Source: Deltaproteobacteria bacterium CG11_big_fil_rev_8_21_14_0_20_45_16
Lineage (GTDB): Bacteria; Bdellovibrionota; UBA2394
Length of the DNA stretch: 64,000 nt
Assembly (NCBI GenBank): GCA_002787535.1
Contig: PCXB01000063.1
Coordinates: 11,935-75,934 of the forward strand
Direction of reading: 5' to 3'
The notes under the pieces were generated by a model, which did no database searches, was not told the DNA's origin, and was given only the letters and a program-made list of their open reading frames with translations. The translations under genes were made by a program, and so were the position numbers. Shown in pieces: positions 48,642-58,368 of this stretch. How positions within the stretch are numbered: the stretch's first letter is position 1; every line of letters begins with the position of its first letter.

Positions 48642-49358
48642 ATGAGCTCAACAGGACAAATGAGCCCACCGGAGAGACGAATGCTGCGGAGGGGGGATGA
48701 AATTCATCTTAAGCGGCGTTTGTTTCATATTTTTAATGGACTGTTGGCCGTTACGATATCCATCCTTGTTGATTCCAAAGAGAATTTTTTGTTGATTGTG
48801 GGAGGGTTTTTTTTAGTAGAGGTCAGTATCGAGCTCCTGAGGCTTCGCATTCCGACTTTTGGGAGTTGGATTCATCGTTATACGTGCTCGCTCATGAGGT
48901 GTGGGGAGGAAGGTCGGCTCAGTGGCATTCCATTTTATGCCTTAGGCGTTTTTATCAGTTTTGTTGTCTTTCCCAAGTCGATTGCGACATTGGCTGTTCT
49001 CTACCTGGGCATAGGAGATCCGGTGGCCTCCGTCGTTGGTGTCTATCGTGCTAAGAAGGGACGTATTTATCGTCCTGGTTGGTTTAAGAGTTTTTCGCCA
49101 AAAAGTATCGAGGGTGCATTAGCTTGCTTTGTGATTTGCAGTTTTATCAATTTGATTGCGATGCCCCTGGTATTTTCCAGAATGAATTTCGGAGAATGGA
49201 ATTGGTTTTTTGTTTCTTTGCTGGCGGGAATTTGCGCAATGGTGGCCGAGCTTATTCCCACACGAACCGACGACAATCTAAGCCTACCGTTGATTTCGGG
49301 TTCGCTAGTTTGGCTAATCACATCATTTTTGGGCTATACGCCTGGATTAATTGGTTAA
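48642..49358 (+). CDS. CTP-dependent polyprenol/diacylglycerol kinase family (Sec59/DGK1/VTE5-like)
   Basis: RRLFH, GIGDPVASVVG, KSIEG, DDNL; multi-TM; start approximate. Confidence 0.8.
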   Translation: MSSTGQMSPPERRMLRRGDEIHLKRRLFHIFNGLLAVTISILVDSKENFLLIVGGFFLVEVSIELLRLRIPTFGSWIHRYTCSLMRCGEEGRLSGIPFYALGVFISFVVFPKSIATLAVLYLGIGDPVASVVGVYRAKKGRIYRPGWFKSFSPKSIEGALACFVICSFINLIAMPLVFSRMNFGEWNWFFVSLLAGICAMVAELIPTRTDDNLSLPLISGSLVWLITSFLGYTPGLIG

Positions 49359-50014
49359 GAATCGACAAGTAAGAAGGGTGTCCAGCTTTCCTGAATTTTG
49401 CGAAGATTGACAAGTCCAAAGGTGCCGGCGGGTTTTCGGGGTCGAGAGCGAAGTGGCATACTTGCTTCTTGTGGCGTGAGGTTGGCTTTCTTGCGATTGC
49501 AGTCGTGACAGCTTGTAACCAGATTGTCCCAGGTCGTCTTGCCGCCACGCGATCGTGGAACAACATGGTCTAAATTCAGTTTGGCTTTCGGGAATTCATC
49601 TCCACAGTATTGGCAGGTGTACTGATCTCTCATGAAAACATGAGTTCGTGAGAATCGAACACTTCTCTTGGGCAATTGATCGTAGTCATTAAGCACAATA
49701 ACTTTGGGTACCGGAAAAAACCCAGACGTCGTTCGAAGGGGCAAAAAGCAATCTTCGGGAAGGTTTTCGAGCGAGTTGTACATCAGCTGTTCCCAAGTAT
49801 AGGTCTGATATTGGACATCTACGCCTTTGGCAGCCTCTAAAAACAATAGACTGACGGCTCGTTTGACAGTGGTAATATGAACAGGCAAAAAGCAGCGGTT
49901 AAGTACCAGAACCTTTTTGTAAAGAGAGTCTAGATTATCAATGTCGAGTACAGAACGGAAGATGAACCTCCTATCTATAATTATAGGGCCAACAGGCGCG
50001 AAACGGAAGGGCAT
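49355..50014 (-). CDS. HNH endonuclease (McrA-like); true start uncertain
   Basis: VLVLN, RDQYTCQYCG, LDHVVPRSRGG..TWDNLVTSCHDCNRKK. Confidence 0.9.
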   Translation of the reverse strand: MPFRFAPVGPIIIDRRFIFRSVLDIDNLDSLYKKVLVLNRCFLPVHITTVKRAVSLLFLEAAKGVDVQYQTYTWEQLMYNSLENLPEDCFLPLRTTSGFFPVPKVIVLNDYDQLPKRSVRFSRTHVFMRDQYTCQYCGDEFPKAKLNLDHVVPRSRGGKTTWDNLVTSCHDCNRKKANLTPQEASMPLRSRPRKPAGTFGLVNLRKIQESWTPFLLVDS

Positions 50015-50912
50015 TCGTGTAGACCGTGCATTAGCGGGTTTTGAGCAGCTTCCCAGCCGATCTCAGATTAAGGAGTGGTTTTCAAATGGGCTCATACGAC
50101 GCGGGACGCAGATTCTTGAAGCAAGCGATCTCGTCTATGAAGACGATAAAATTTTGATCGATGTTCCCCCTGCGCCGCAATCTAATTTGGAAGCACGGCC
50201 GCATCCATTGCAAATTTTTTATGAAGATGAAAATTTAATCGTTCTTTATAAAGAGCGTGGCATGAGTATGCATCCCGGCGCACAGGCTTCGGATGAGACG
50301 ACTCTTGTACACGCACTTTTGGGGCATCCAACTCAGCTATCTTCTTCGGGAGGATACTTTCGTCCCGGCATCGTTCATCGCTTGGATAAGGATACGGAAG
50401 GAATTGTCGTTGTTGCCAAAGATAATAAAACTCATGAGGCTTTGTCCCAGCAGTTTGCTAAGCGAACAATTCAGCGCCGCTATTGGGCGCTTTGCTATGG
50501 GGAGGTTCCCGCTCAGATTCAAATTGTGGCGCCGATTGGAAGGCATCCTGTCCTGCGAAAAAAAATGGCGGTTGTCGCTAGGGGGCGTGAAAGTGAAACC
50601 TTGGTCGAAAGAATTGATAGTTTTCCTGAAGGCTACTCTTGGGTGCGTTGCAAATTAAAGTCCGGTCGAACGCATCAGATACGAGTTCATATGCAGCACA
50701 AAGGTTACCCGGTTTTGAATGATCCTGTTTATTCCAATCGTAGTTTAAAATCATTAAACTTGAGCGAAGCCAAGTCAGCGGCTATGGCGAGTTTGAGGGG
50801 TCAAACTTTGATGGCTTACGAACTTGGTTTCCACCACCCGACGCGAAACGAAAATTTGTTATTTCAAGCGGAGATGCCCGAATGGCTAAAAATCATGACT
50901 ACCAAGAATTGA
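49962..50912 (+). CDS. rluD: RluA-family 23S rRNA pseudouridine synthase
   Basis: S4 domain (RVDRAL...SRSQI), RPGIVHRLDKDTEG, GRTHQIRVH; adjacent to pgeF. Confidence 0.9.
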   Translation: MNLLSIIIGPTGAKRKGIRVDRALAGFEQLPSRSQIKEWFSNGLIRRGTQILEASDLVYEDDKILIDVPPAPQSNLEARPHPLQIFYEDENLIVLYKERGMSMHPGAQASDETTLVHALLGHPTQLSSSGGYFRPGIVHRLDKDTEGIVVVAKDNKTHEALSQQFAKRTIQRRYWALCYGEVPAQIQIVAPIGRHPVLRKKMAVVARGRESETLVERIDSFPEGYSWVRCKLKSGRTHQIRVHMQHKGYPVLNDPVYSNRSLKSLNLSEAKSAAMASLRGQTLMAYELGFHHPTRNENLLFQAEMPEWLKIMTTKN

Positions 50913-51547
50913 GTTGTAGGTTTTCTGATTACGCCAAAGCTCATTTTGTAATTTCAGATGCAACTTGTTTTAAGACTCGAGAAACCTTGTTGCCGACGGG
51001 CCGCTCGTTGATGCGCCTTAGCCAAATTCATTCCGCTGCGGGATTCGAAGTTAGGGATCATTCTTTGTATGGAAAGGAAGGCGACTGGTTGTGGACGAAA
51101 ATCCCAAATATTCCGATCGGTGTTTTTGTTGCGGACTGCACGGCTATTTTGATGGCCGGCGAGAATGCTGAGGGAAGCTTTGTTGCGGCCATCCATGCGG
51201 GCTGGCGAGGAACGGCAGCTGGAATTATAGAGTCAGTGATCGAAACAATTCAACCGGAAGGCAAGTTTGATGTTTGGCTTTCGCCTTCTATCTCACAAAA
51301 AAATTATGAAGTTTCCCAAGAAGTCTGGGAGGCCTTGGGCTCCGATATAAGGCCTTATGTCCGACCGACTCGAGTCTCTCACGCTCTTTTAGATCTCAAG
51401 AGTTTTCAGGTGGGGAAACTAAAATCTTTCGCAGCAAGAATCTGGAATTATCCATTGTGTAGTTTCGAGCAGCCCGAGTTTTTTTCCTATCGTCAGATGA
51501 AGGGGAAGCTTGAGAGTCGGCACCTTGCTTGGATCGAGCTAAAGTAA
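50882..51547 (+). CDS. pgeF: Peptidoglycan editing factor PgeF/YfiH family
   Basis: QIHS, VADC, IHAGWRG, FFSYR. Confidence 0.88.
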   Translation: MAKNHDYQELSCRFSDYAKAHFVISDATCFKTRETLLPTGRSLMRLSQIHSAAGFEVRDHSLYGKEGDWLWTKIPNIPIGVFVADCTAILMAGENAEGSFVAAIHAGWRGTAAGIIESVIETIQPEGKFDVWLSPSISQKNYEVSQEVWEALGSDIRPYVRPTRVSHALLDLKSFQVGKLKSFAARIWNYPLCSFEQPEFFSYRQMKGKLESRHLAWIELK

Positions 51548-51565
51548 ATTAAACAGAAATCAAGT

Positions 51566-52952
51566 TCACCTTGGATACAAACCTCTTGCCCCGAAAGTTT
51601 TGCGAATTAAATTTTGATGCGCGCCATGATAGATCTCAGCATCGACCCTCTCGACATCTAGCCCGATCTGAGGTGTCAATCCGTTTTTATTTTGCATTAT
51701 AGCGGTCACAAAGAGATTTTGAGCGATAGTCCGTCCGACTTCCAGAAAGTATTTTCCCCCCAAAGCCATTCGAAGTTCCCAGAAAGAAGCGGCCAATGGC
51801 ATGCCACGCTGATGAGGGCCGTACTCCATTCCCGCCGGCCATACATAGGGACGCTCATAAGGAAGATTAGAGTAGTCACGATAACAACCTGCACCGTCGC
51901 CATCAAAGTCAAGACCCATACAATACGTATCAAATGAAAGTGCCGCTACAGTGTCAGCTACCCCCTCATGAAAGCCAAAAAAATCTTCAATCTCACCCTC
52001 CTGAAAACCAAGGCTCTCAAGAAATGCGTGGCCGAACTCGTGGCGAATAATCGTCGAATAAGCAGCGTTCGGACAGTTAGGACTAGAGGCCAAAAAAACC
52101 ATTTCACCCATATTTCTGCGATAGTACGCATTACAAAAACTGAAACCTCCTCCGACATTTGTCGTCGCTACTAAATTCAGATGGGGCGACCAATTGGGTT
52201 CAGCCTGCTGAATCCAATCAATCATCGATTCTATATGGTAATAAGCGTTCCCCGAAGCTACCGAATACTCGGTAATTTGCTTTGGATAATTAATACTGTC
52301 ATCACCCAATAGAAAGTTTGTCTTTCTCTCCTCTCTACTAATCCAGTCTACTAATCCAGCTTGATTCTTCATGAGTGTTATAACAGTTCAAACCATTTTG
52401 ATCACATCGCTTAAAGGTTCCGGTTCCGTCTTTGGCGTTTCGCACGCTCAAAAACTCTGAATGAAAATCTGTCATCAATAGCCCACGATCAAACTGCAAA
52501 TTTCTTGGTAGGTTGATCAAATAACTTCCGTCCCACCTCGTCTCACCCGTCCAGTTAAATAAATCCGAAGCACTGATAGGAATCGACAATTCAACTTTTC
52601 CAAACGGAAGAGGAGCTTTATCAGGATCAGATTGATGGATGGGGGCAATACCCCGGTTGATCCACATTCCCACATGCCCCTTAATTGTCGGACCAGGACC
52701 TGTCGGTTCTACTTGACTGTTAGGTCGTTTAAATGACGGCCTCGACAAATCAGAAAGCTCTCGTTCAACTTCTGGAGGAACGTCCATGCAGGAACCAAGA
52801 TGGGTAGAATTAAGGTCTTGTCGACCTGGCACAAACGACTGTGCCAAAGCCACGTCTTCCGATAAAAATGAAAAAGCTAACAATGAAAGAACCAAAGTTG
52901 AAAAAAAAGACCTCTCCCACCGACAACCAGCAAAATCCCCTCGTCTCATCAC
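51566..52952 (-). pseudogene. Secreted M4/M36-like zinc metallopeptidase frameshifted by a 13-bp duplication
   Basis: Signal peptide in the 5' ORF; CNAYY, HEFGH and HEGVAD in the 3' ORF. The frames join if one copy of the repeat is removed. Confidence 0.8.
52334..52359. repeat. Exact 13-bp tandem duplication
   Basis: TCTACTAATCCAG x2 (52334-52346, 52347-52359). Confidence 0.95.
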
Positions 52953-53016
52953 CGTTTTGCGTAACAGCCCTTCATAAACGGAGTAAAGCTTTTTTACACA
53001 ATTTCAAAGACTTAGA

Positions 53017-53577
53017 TTAATCGCTTTCAACTCCAAATTCGCGGAGCCAGGGGCTGTCCGTTTCGAATTGAGTTCCAGGAGCGTTAAGATCTTCACGAAG
53101 TTCACCCAAGAATTTAATACCCGGGATCCAGGTCCAATCCATAATTTTGAGACCCGCTGAAACCATCTTTGAGTCCTGCCAGTCGTTATCCGCATCTTGG
53201 AACTTATAGCGCAAGTGATCCGGAAGGAGGTTAAGGCCAGCGGTGAGAAGAACGACGACGAGAAATCCCTTGAGGGTCCCTAAGCCAAATCCCATCCAAC
53301 GATCGATGGGATTGAGAATGGGCATTTTTCCAAATCTCATCATAGCAAAACGAAGGAGGCTACCGAATACCAAAACACTGATCGTCAAGGCCATCCAAAC
53401 AACAAAGAGGGGCCATTGGGTCAGCCATTCACTCTTTAAAAGTTCGGCCAAGGGTAAAGAGAAAAGACAGATAATAAGGAGGCTGAACAGCGAAATAAAC
53501 TGAAATAGAAAGCCTTGAGCAAAGCCAAGGCTCGCAAATAAAAATATAATTACTAAAAAAAGAAGATCGGAATACAT
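53017..53577 (-). CDS. CvpA (colicin V production) family membrane protein
   Basis: DLLF...GFAQGF..Q, four TMs, IDRWMGFGLGTLKG, DSK. Confidence 0.8.
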   Translation of the reverse strand: MYSDLLFLVIIFLFASLGFAQGFLFQFISLFSLLIICLFSLPLAELLKSEWLTQWPLFVVWMALTISVLVFGSLLRFAMMRFGKMPILNPIDRWMGFGLGTLKGFLVVVLLTAGLNLLPDHLRYKFQDADNDWQDSKMVSAGLKIMDWTWIPGIKFLGELREDLNAPGTQFETDSPWLREFGVESD

Positions 53578-53600
53578 AGCTTCATTCTATAATGAGGAGA

Positions 53601-54284
53601 GTGAAGACTCCCATCAAAGAATTGTGTTCGACGCTATCTGATGACCTGGCGCGCAAATCTTTTTTTCTTTTAACTTTTTATTTTTCGGTCGCCGCTGTCA
53701 TTTACTATGGCAAGTTCTATGGGGGCATCGAATGGGGCGTCTATATTGAGCGGTTTGGCTTTCAGGCCGCCATTGGGCTTTGCTTGGTTTTTCTTTGGTT
53801 AAAGGGCTGGCGTCCGAATTGGAGAATGCCAAAAATCTATCTCACTTGGACACTTTGTTTAGTAGCAGCTTATTTTCTATTTCTCCAGGTTTTGGATTTG
53901 GTTCTGGCTGGAATTGGACTTCCCGTAGTGAGGGTGGGTGTGACCGATGAGTTTGAGGCTTTGCTTGCTCAGCTTTTGATTGCTCCCATAATCGAAGAGT
54001 TGTTTTTTAGAGACTATCTCTACCGAGCCATGTTCCTTCAGCTTGGCAGCCTGAAGCGAGCTGTTTTGTTTTCCTCCGGGTTTTTTATGCTGGCACATAT
54101 GAGTCTTCATATTAATGCCTTTTTTCTCGGTTTAGTCGCCTGCGGACTTTATCTGATTTTTCGATCGATTCTTCCGCTGATTGTTTTTCATGCGGTTTGT
54201 AACTTTAGCCTTTTGCTAATTCCTGAGTATTTTCCCCATGTGCAGGCCCTCCTTGTCGAGATGGGCCGGTTTAGGGAGTTCTAG
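53601..54284 (+). CDS. CPBP/Abi (CAAX protease-like) intramembrane glutamic endopeptidase
   Basis: APIIEELFFR, FMLAH, HAVCN; start GTG 53601 or ATG 53592. Confidence 0.88.
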   Translation: MKTPIKELCSTLSDDLARKSFFLLTFYFSVAAVIYYGKFYGGIEWGVYIERFGFQAAIGLCLVFLWLKGWRPNWRMPKIYLTWTLCLVAAYFLFLQVLDLVLAGIGLPVVRVGVTDEFEALLAQLLIAPIIEELFFRDYLYRAMFLQLGSLKRAVLFSSGFFMLAHMSLHINAFFLGLVACGLYLIFRSILPLIVFHAVCNFSLLLIPEYFPHVQALLVEMGRFREF

Positions 54285-56047
54285 TTGGTTACTTCGGGAA
54301 GTTCATTTCCCCAGCAACTTGATTTCGGTCCAAATACACTTTTGAAGGGATCCGTCACCTGCTCAAATCGGGCTTGAGAATGAAGTCCATGTTTATTGAA
54401 TGCCTCGCGGATCGTACGGGCATTTTTTGAGTAGGTAAGTGGGTCACCGTCTTCATTTGCTTCGTCGGCCATTCTGAGGTCTCGATAAAATTCTCGGATA
54501 TTACTGCCTCTTGCCAATCGAGCTTCATGAATAAGCCTATCGGCTTTCTCATGCCCCAAACTTTCGCGAAGGTCCCAGAGCGCTCCGCTGAAAAGCTGGC
54601 CATCTCGATGGAAGTACTTTCCTTCGAAAAATGTATCGTATTGGTAGGTGTTCTTGACCGTTCTCAAATAGGGAACGTTTCCGATCATGGCGCCGTTTCC
54701 AATCATAGGATCCCCTGTAATCGTGGCTGCAAAATAATCACTAAAAGCTTCGTTCATCGCTGAAAATTCATAGTTTATTTTGATGCCATAGATTTCGTGA
54801 GTTACCGAGTGAAAAAACTCGTGCAAAATAATGTCTCGAGCCATGGCTGTGTTTTTGAACACGCTTTTTCCCGCGCCAAAGGCTAAGGTATAAAGCAAGG
54901 GATCAAAGAAGGCATTGTCCAAATCCAAGCCGAAGTTTGCCATGGCGACGATTTGGCGATTCATTGCGTTAAATTCGAGATTTTCGCTGAGGTAGCTGCG
55001 AGCTTTCATGACCCAATAATATATATTTCTTTCCTCGGGTGATGAATGATCATCAAATTGTACCAGTGAATCTCTCAGGTCCTCGCTAAAGGTTAACTGC
55101 ATTTCGTTGTTCAAGCCCTTGTTGTCGACTACCGACAGGTAAGGATTTTCCAGCGTTAGCAGAGCTTTCTCTCCGAGCAAGTTTTTGAAATCAAATTTTC
55201 CAAAGAGGTCAGCCTGATACTTGCTATTGCCCACTTTAAAAGTCACAAAGGGTAAAAATTCTTCCAACAGACTTTGCTCCGGACGATCGGGAGCGATCGA
55301 ACCTTGGACAGACAAAAGCATATCGTCTTCAAACAAATCTTCGGGAATATACGTGCCGACGATTTCGCCCGAAGCTTGATCCATCCATATTTGGTAGGCA
55401 CGTTGGGCTTGCGGATTATAGATCTGGAACATTTTGCTTACATAAAAATCAAAGCCACTCTCGCCCAGCTTGGGGTAGATAACTTCTTGGCTTCCAAAAA
55501 TTTGATGGCCGAAAGGGATTTTATCAGCGGCTAATTCTCGAAACTGGGTGGGAAAGTTTATGGCTTCAAGTTTTCCATTTTGTATGAGACTGGATCGCAA
55601 AGAAAGCCATTGGCCGCTTCGATCTAAGCGCAGGGTGACCTCGGCGCCCACAATGTCGCGTTCCATAAATGTTTGCTGAAAGCTTACGTAGTCGAAAAGT
55701 TTAGAGCGCTGATTGCCTTGCAATCGGAAGCTTAAATCTGGAAATAAATTGTTCAACACTTCTTTCGCTTGAAATATTAAATCGGCATTCGATAACACTG
55801 GACCCTTGGTAATAGGGCGAACGGGGTTTTCAAGTTGCCGAGGCGTCCCAGAATCCACGTTGACCGAAACAACTCGCAAGCCATTTTCAAGCTTGGAGGG
55901 CTCGGGAGTGTCAATGTCAGTGATCTCGACAATCCTGGAGTTAGTCTTAGAGAGACTGTAGTCCTCGCTCTTCCACTCCGAAGTTGGCGATGACGAACAA
56001 GCGCTTAAGCAAAACGATGCCAATAGATATCGAATGGATCGACTCAT
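54281..56047 (-). CDS. M4 (thermolysin-like)/M36 metallopeptidase lipoprotein with FTP-like propeptide
   Basis: Lipobox LSAC, FQQTF...IVGAE propeptide, DNAFF, HEFFH, NEAFSDYF, HRDG..FSGALWDLR. Confidence 0.88.
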   Translation of the reverse strand: MSRSIRYLLASFCLSACSSSPTSEWKSEDYSLSKTNSRIVEITDIDTPEPSKLENGLRVVSVNVDSGTPRQLENPVRPITKGPVLSNADLIFQAKEVLNNLFPDLSFRLQGNQRSKLFDYVSFQQTFMERDIVGAEVTLRLDRSGQWLSLRSSLIQNGKLEAINFPTQFRELAADKIPFGHQIFGSQEVIYPKLGESGFDFYVSKMFQIYNPQAQRAYQIWMDQASGEIVGTYIPEDLFEDDMLLSVQGSIAPDRPEQSLLEEFLPFVTFKVGNSKYQADLFGKFDFKNLLGEKALLTLENPYLSVVDNKGLNNEMQLTFSEDLRDSLVQFDDHSSPEERNIYYWVMKARSYLSENLEFNAMNRQIVAMANFGLDLDNAFFDPLLYTLAFGAGKSVFKNTAMARDIILHEFFHSVTHEIYGIKINYEFSAMNEAFSDYFAATITGDPMIGNGAMIGNVPYLRTVKNTYQYDTFFEGKYFHRDGQLFSGALWDLRESLGHEKADRLIHEARLARGSNIREFYRDLRMADEANEDGDPLTYSKNARTIREAFNKHGLHSQARFEQVTDPFKSVFGPKSSCWGNELPEVTN

Positions 56048-56189
56048 ATCCCCCCCAAAGATGCGTGCCATCCCGATGGATAACTTGGCATCTCGAATTT
56101 TCAATTTAGTATCTGATCAAACTCTCAATCCCCATTGAGAAAGTTTTTAATCCCCAGTTATAGATTGTACGAAGAAGTATTTTGATCGG

Positions 56190-57320
56190 TCAATTTGTTT
56201 GCTGCTCTGCCTCAATTTTTTTTAGCGCCTGCAGAATAAAGGCTTCTTGTGGCTTCAACTTCAAAGCCGCATGGAGATAGCGCTTCGCATCAAGCCATCT
56301 TTTTTCTTCAAAGGCGATGACACCGAGATTGAAGTTCGCAATAAAATCATCAACTTTGTGACCGAGAACTTCGAGTGCTGTTCGAGAAGACTGATCGAAT
56401 TTTTTTTGAAACATCAAGGCCGTGCTTAAATTTGATTTGGAATAAAGATCCTCTGGTGTGAGTCGTAATTTCATTCGAATCCATTGCTCGGCTTCCGGAT
56501 AAGCTCCGGCTCGAAGCGCGACTTGATAGGCCGTGAGTAATACTTGTGCCTCTTGAGGAAATTGGCGAATCGCAAGTTGAGCCATTTTGTAGGCGGCCTC
56601 TTGTTCGTCAAGCTCTGAAAGCGTGACGAGATATTCCACCCAGGCGATTGGGTTTTGAGCTTCCTCCTTTAATTTTTGCCGCGAGAGATCCAAGTAATAA
56701 ACAAGTTTCTGACGATGTCCTGATTTGAGTCGGCCATAGTGATGAAGAATAAGAGGAAGTTTTTCATGCTGGAGTCCCCGTCGGCGGCAAAAAGGAAGAA
56801 GGCTTTCATGAATTCTTCCTTCGTAGACAAGTCCCGATGTTTTCTTATAAAGCCGCTCCATATAATTGTCTGTGTAAAAGACGGGGCTTTTTGGAAATTC
56901 ATTCAAGCCCGGAAGATTGGTACCTTCAAAGGGAATCACCTGATCTTGACTGGCATCCAAAGTGTAATTTCGTTGGATCAAGCTGAAGGCGACGCTTTTT
57001 TGCGATTGAATGGCTTGTTCAACGCCTCGTCGAGTTTCGGCATCTAACACCTCGTCGCCGTCTACAAAGAAAATCCACTCGCCACGAGCTTTCTTCGCAA
57101 TTTTATTTCGGGCATCGGAAAAATGGTTTGTCCATTCGAGCTTATGAATATCAATTCTTTCGTCCTTGGCTTGAAAGGATTTTAAAATGGATGGGCTTTT
57201 ATCCTTGGACCCAGTGTCGAATATAAGAATTTCTTCGCAAGGCAATTCAAGGACACTGGTCAAAGAAGCTCCAATAAATTCTTCCTCATTCTTAATCATA
57301 TAGCAGACGCTCAGGGACAT
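56190..57320 (-). CDS. Glycosyltransferase family 2 with TPR repeats
   Basis: LSVCYMIKNEE, DTGSKD, FSDARN, DGDE, RIHE, HYG; C-terminal TPRs. Confidence 0.9.
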   Translation of the reverse strand: MSLSVCYMIKNEEEFIGASLTSVLELPCEEILIFDTGSKDKSPSILKSFQAKDERIDIHKLEWTNHFSDARNKIAKKARGEWIFFVDGDEVLDAETRRGVEQAIQSQKSVAFSLIQRNYTLDASQDQVIPFEGTNLPGLNEFPKSPVFYTDNYMERLYKKTSGLVYEGRIHESLLPFCRRRGLQHEKLPLILHHYGRLKSGHRQKLVYYLDLSRQKLKEEAQNPIAWVEYLVTLSELDEQEAAYKMAQLAIRQFPQEAQVLLTAYQVALRAGAYPEAEQWIRMKLRLTPEDLYSKSNLSTALMFQKKFDQSSRTALEVLGHKVDDFIANFNLGVIAFEEKRWLDAKRYLHAALKLKPQEAFILQALKKIEAEQQTN

Positions 57321-57390
57321 TCCCCACAGTCTACGGGCAGCAGGGGGAGGCTGCACTTGAATTTTTTAAAGTCCTGAGCTAGGAGAGGCC

Positions 57391-58350
57391 GTGCTTAAAG
57401 CCCTTTATTTAGCCACTTTATGCTTTTTAAGCCTTTTGGCGACCCGGGATAATCTACTTGTCGCCCAAGAGCGGAGTATGCCCCATGCTGGCTTACAAAC
57501 CGACAGTGGGGACTTTGAAGATCGGGCGGATTCCTTGAAATTGCAACTGAAAAACCATATGGCTCATTTCAGAAACGCTTATGCGCAATTTAGAGCCGGG
57601 GAGCTTACTGAATCGATCTTTAAATTTTACGTCCGGCTATCGATAGAGCAGATTGTGGGTACGTTTTTTGATTCTGGCTTGGCCGATTTTCGAGAGACCG
57701 GGGGTGTAGAAGCTCTGGCCGATACGATTGTGAGTGAACTAAATAAACTTGCGCTCTCTACGCCGATGGATCAATCGAAGCACGAAATGATTGAGGCTTT
57801 GCGAATGGCCTTGTCCAAGCATTGGGAACTGATTGAATCTTCCGAAGATTATTTGACTTCCCAAAGAAACAATCGGATCAACTCTCGAATTCTCGGATAC
57901 GGAGCTTTGCCAAGCCTTCGATATGTGGCATGGCCCACGGCGCGTTATCTTGTCTGGCCTAGTTTAAAATTTATTTTTTGGGACTTTTGGAAACGACCAC
58001 CTCGGGCGCCCCATGGTATTGGGGCACGTTGGCGAAGTTTGAGATTATCGCGTGAAATTCGTAAGCTTCGATCAAAACCAACTAGCCCAGTTGCGCAGAG
58101 TCGGCTTCGGGAGTGCGTTGCCGAATTTCGTGAGTTGAATCCTCGAGTGTCAGGTAGTGTTCCAGAGGAGCCGCGGCGGACAAATCCATGGCTTAAAGCC
58201 GGACTCACAGTAGGCTTTTATGGAGCGAGTGGTTTTGTGTTAACCGGAGTCATTCAGAATCGAACGGCATTCATTCCAGATTGGCAGTCACATCGTCGGG
58301 AGCTCGACTCGAATATATTTCCAAGCATTGATGATATTCTTGGCAACTAG
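57391..58350 (+). CDS. Hypothetical secreted/membrane protein
   Basis: 319-aa ORF with AGGAG SD, signal peptide and late hydrophobic segments; no family recognised. Confidence 0.65.
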   Translation: MLKALYLATLCFLSLLATRDNLLVAQERSMPHAGLQTDSGDFEDRADSLKLQLKNHMAHFRNAYAQFRAGELTESIFKFYVRLSIEQIVGTFFDSGLADFRETGGVEALADTIVSELNKLALSTPMDQSKHEMIEALRMALSKHWELIESSEDYLTSQRNNRINSRILGYGALPSLRYVAWPTARYLVWPSLKFIFWDFWKRPPRAPHGIGARWRSLRLSREIRKLRSKPTSPVAQSRLRECVAEFRELNPRVSGSVPEEPRRTNPWLKAGLTVGFYGASGFVLTGVIQNRTAFIPDWQSHRRELDSNIFPSIDDILGN

Positions 58351-58368
58351 TGTAAGGCTGCCGGAGGA

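Noticed and set aside
49355..50014. HNH nuclease as part of a defence or retron-like system
   Set aside because: Common stand-alone McrA-like HNH among housekeeping genes; no partner methylase, RT or ncRNA
56055..56070. Possible sigma54 promoter upstream of the M4 peptidase (TGGCACGCATCTTTGG, minus strand)
   Set aside because: Good -24 element but it lacks the invariant GC at -12
56123..56148. Hairpin TCTCAAT-CCCC-ATTGAGA as an intrinsic terminator
   Set aside because: AT-rich 7-bp stem with a weak U-tract on the relevant strand; insufficient support
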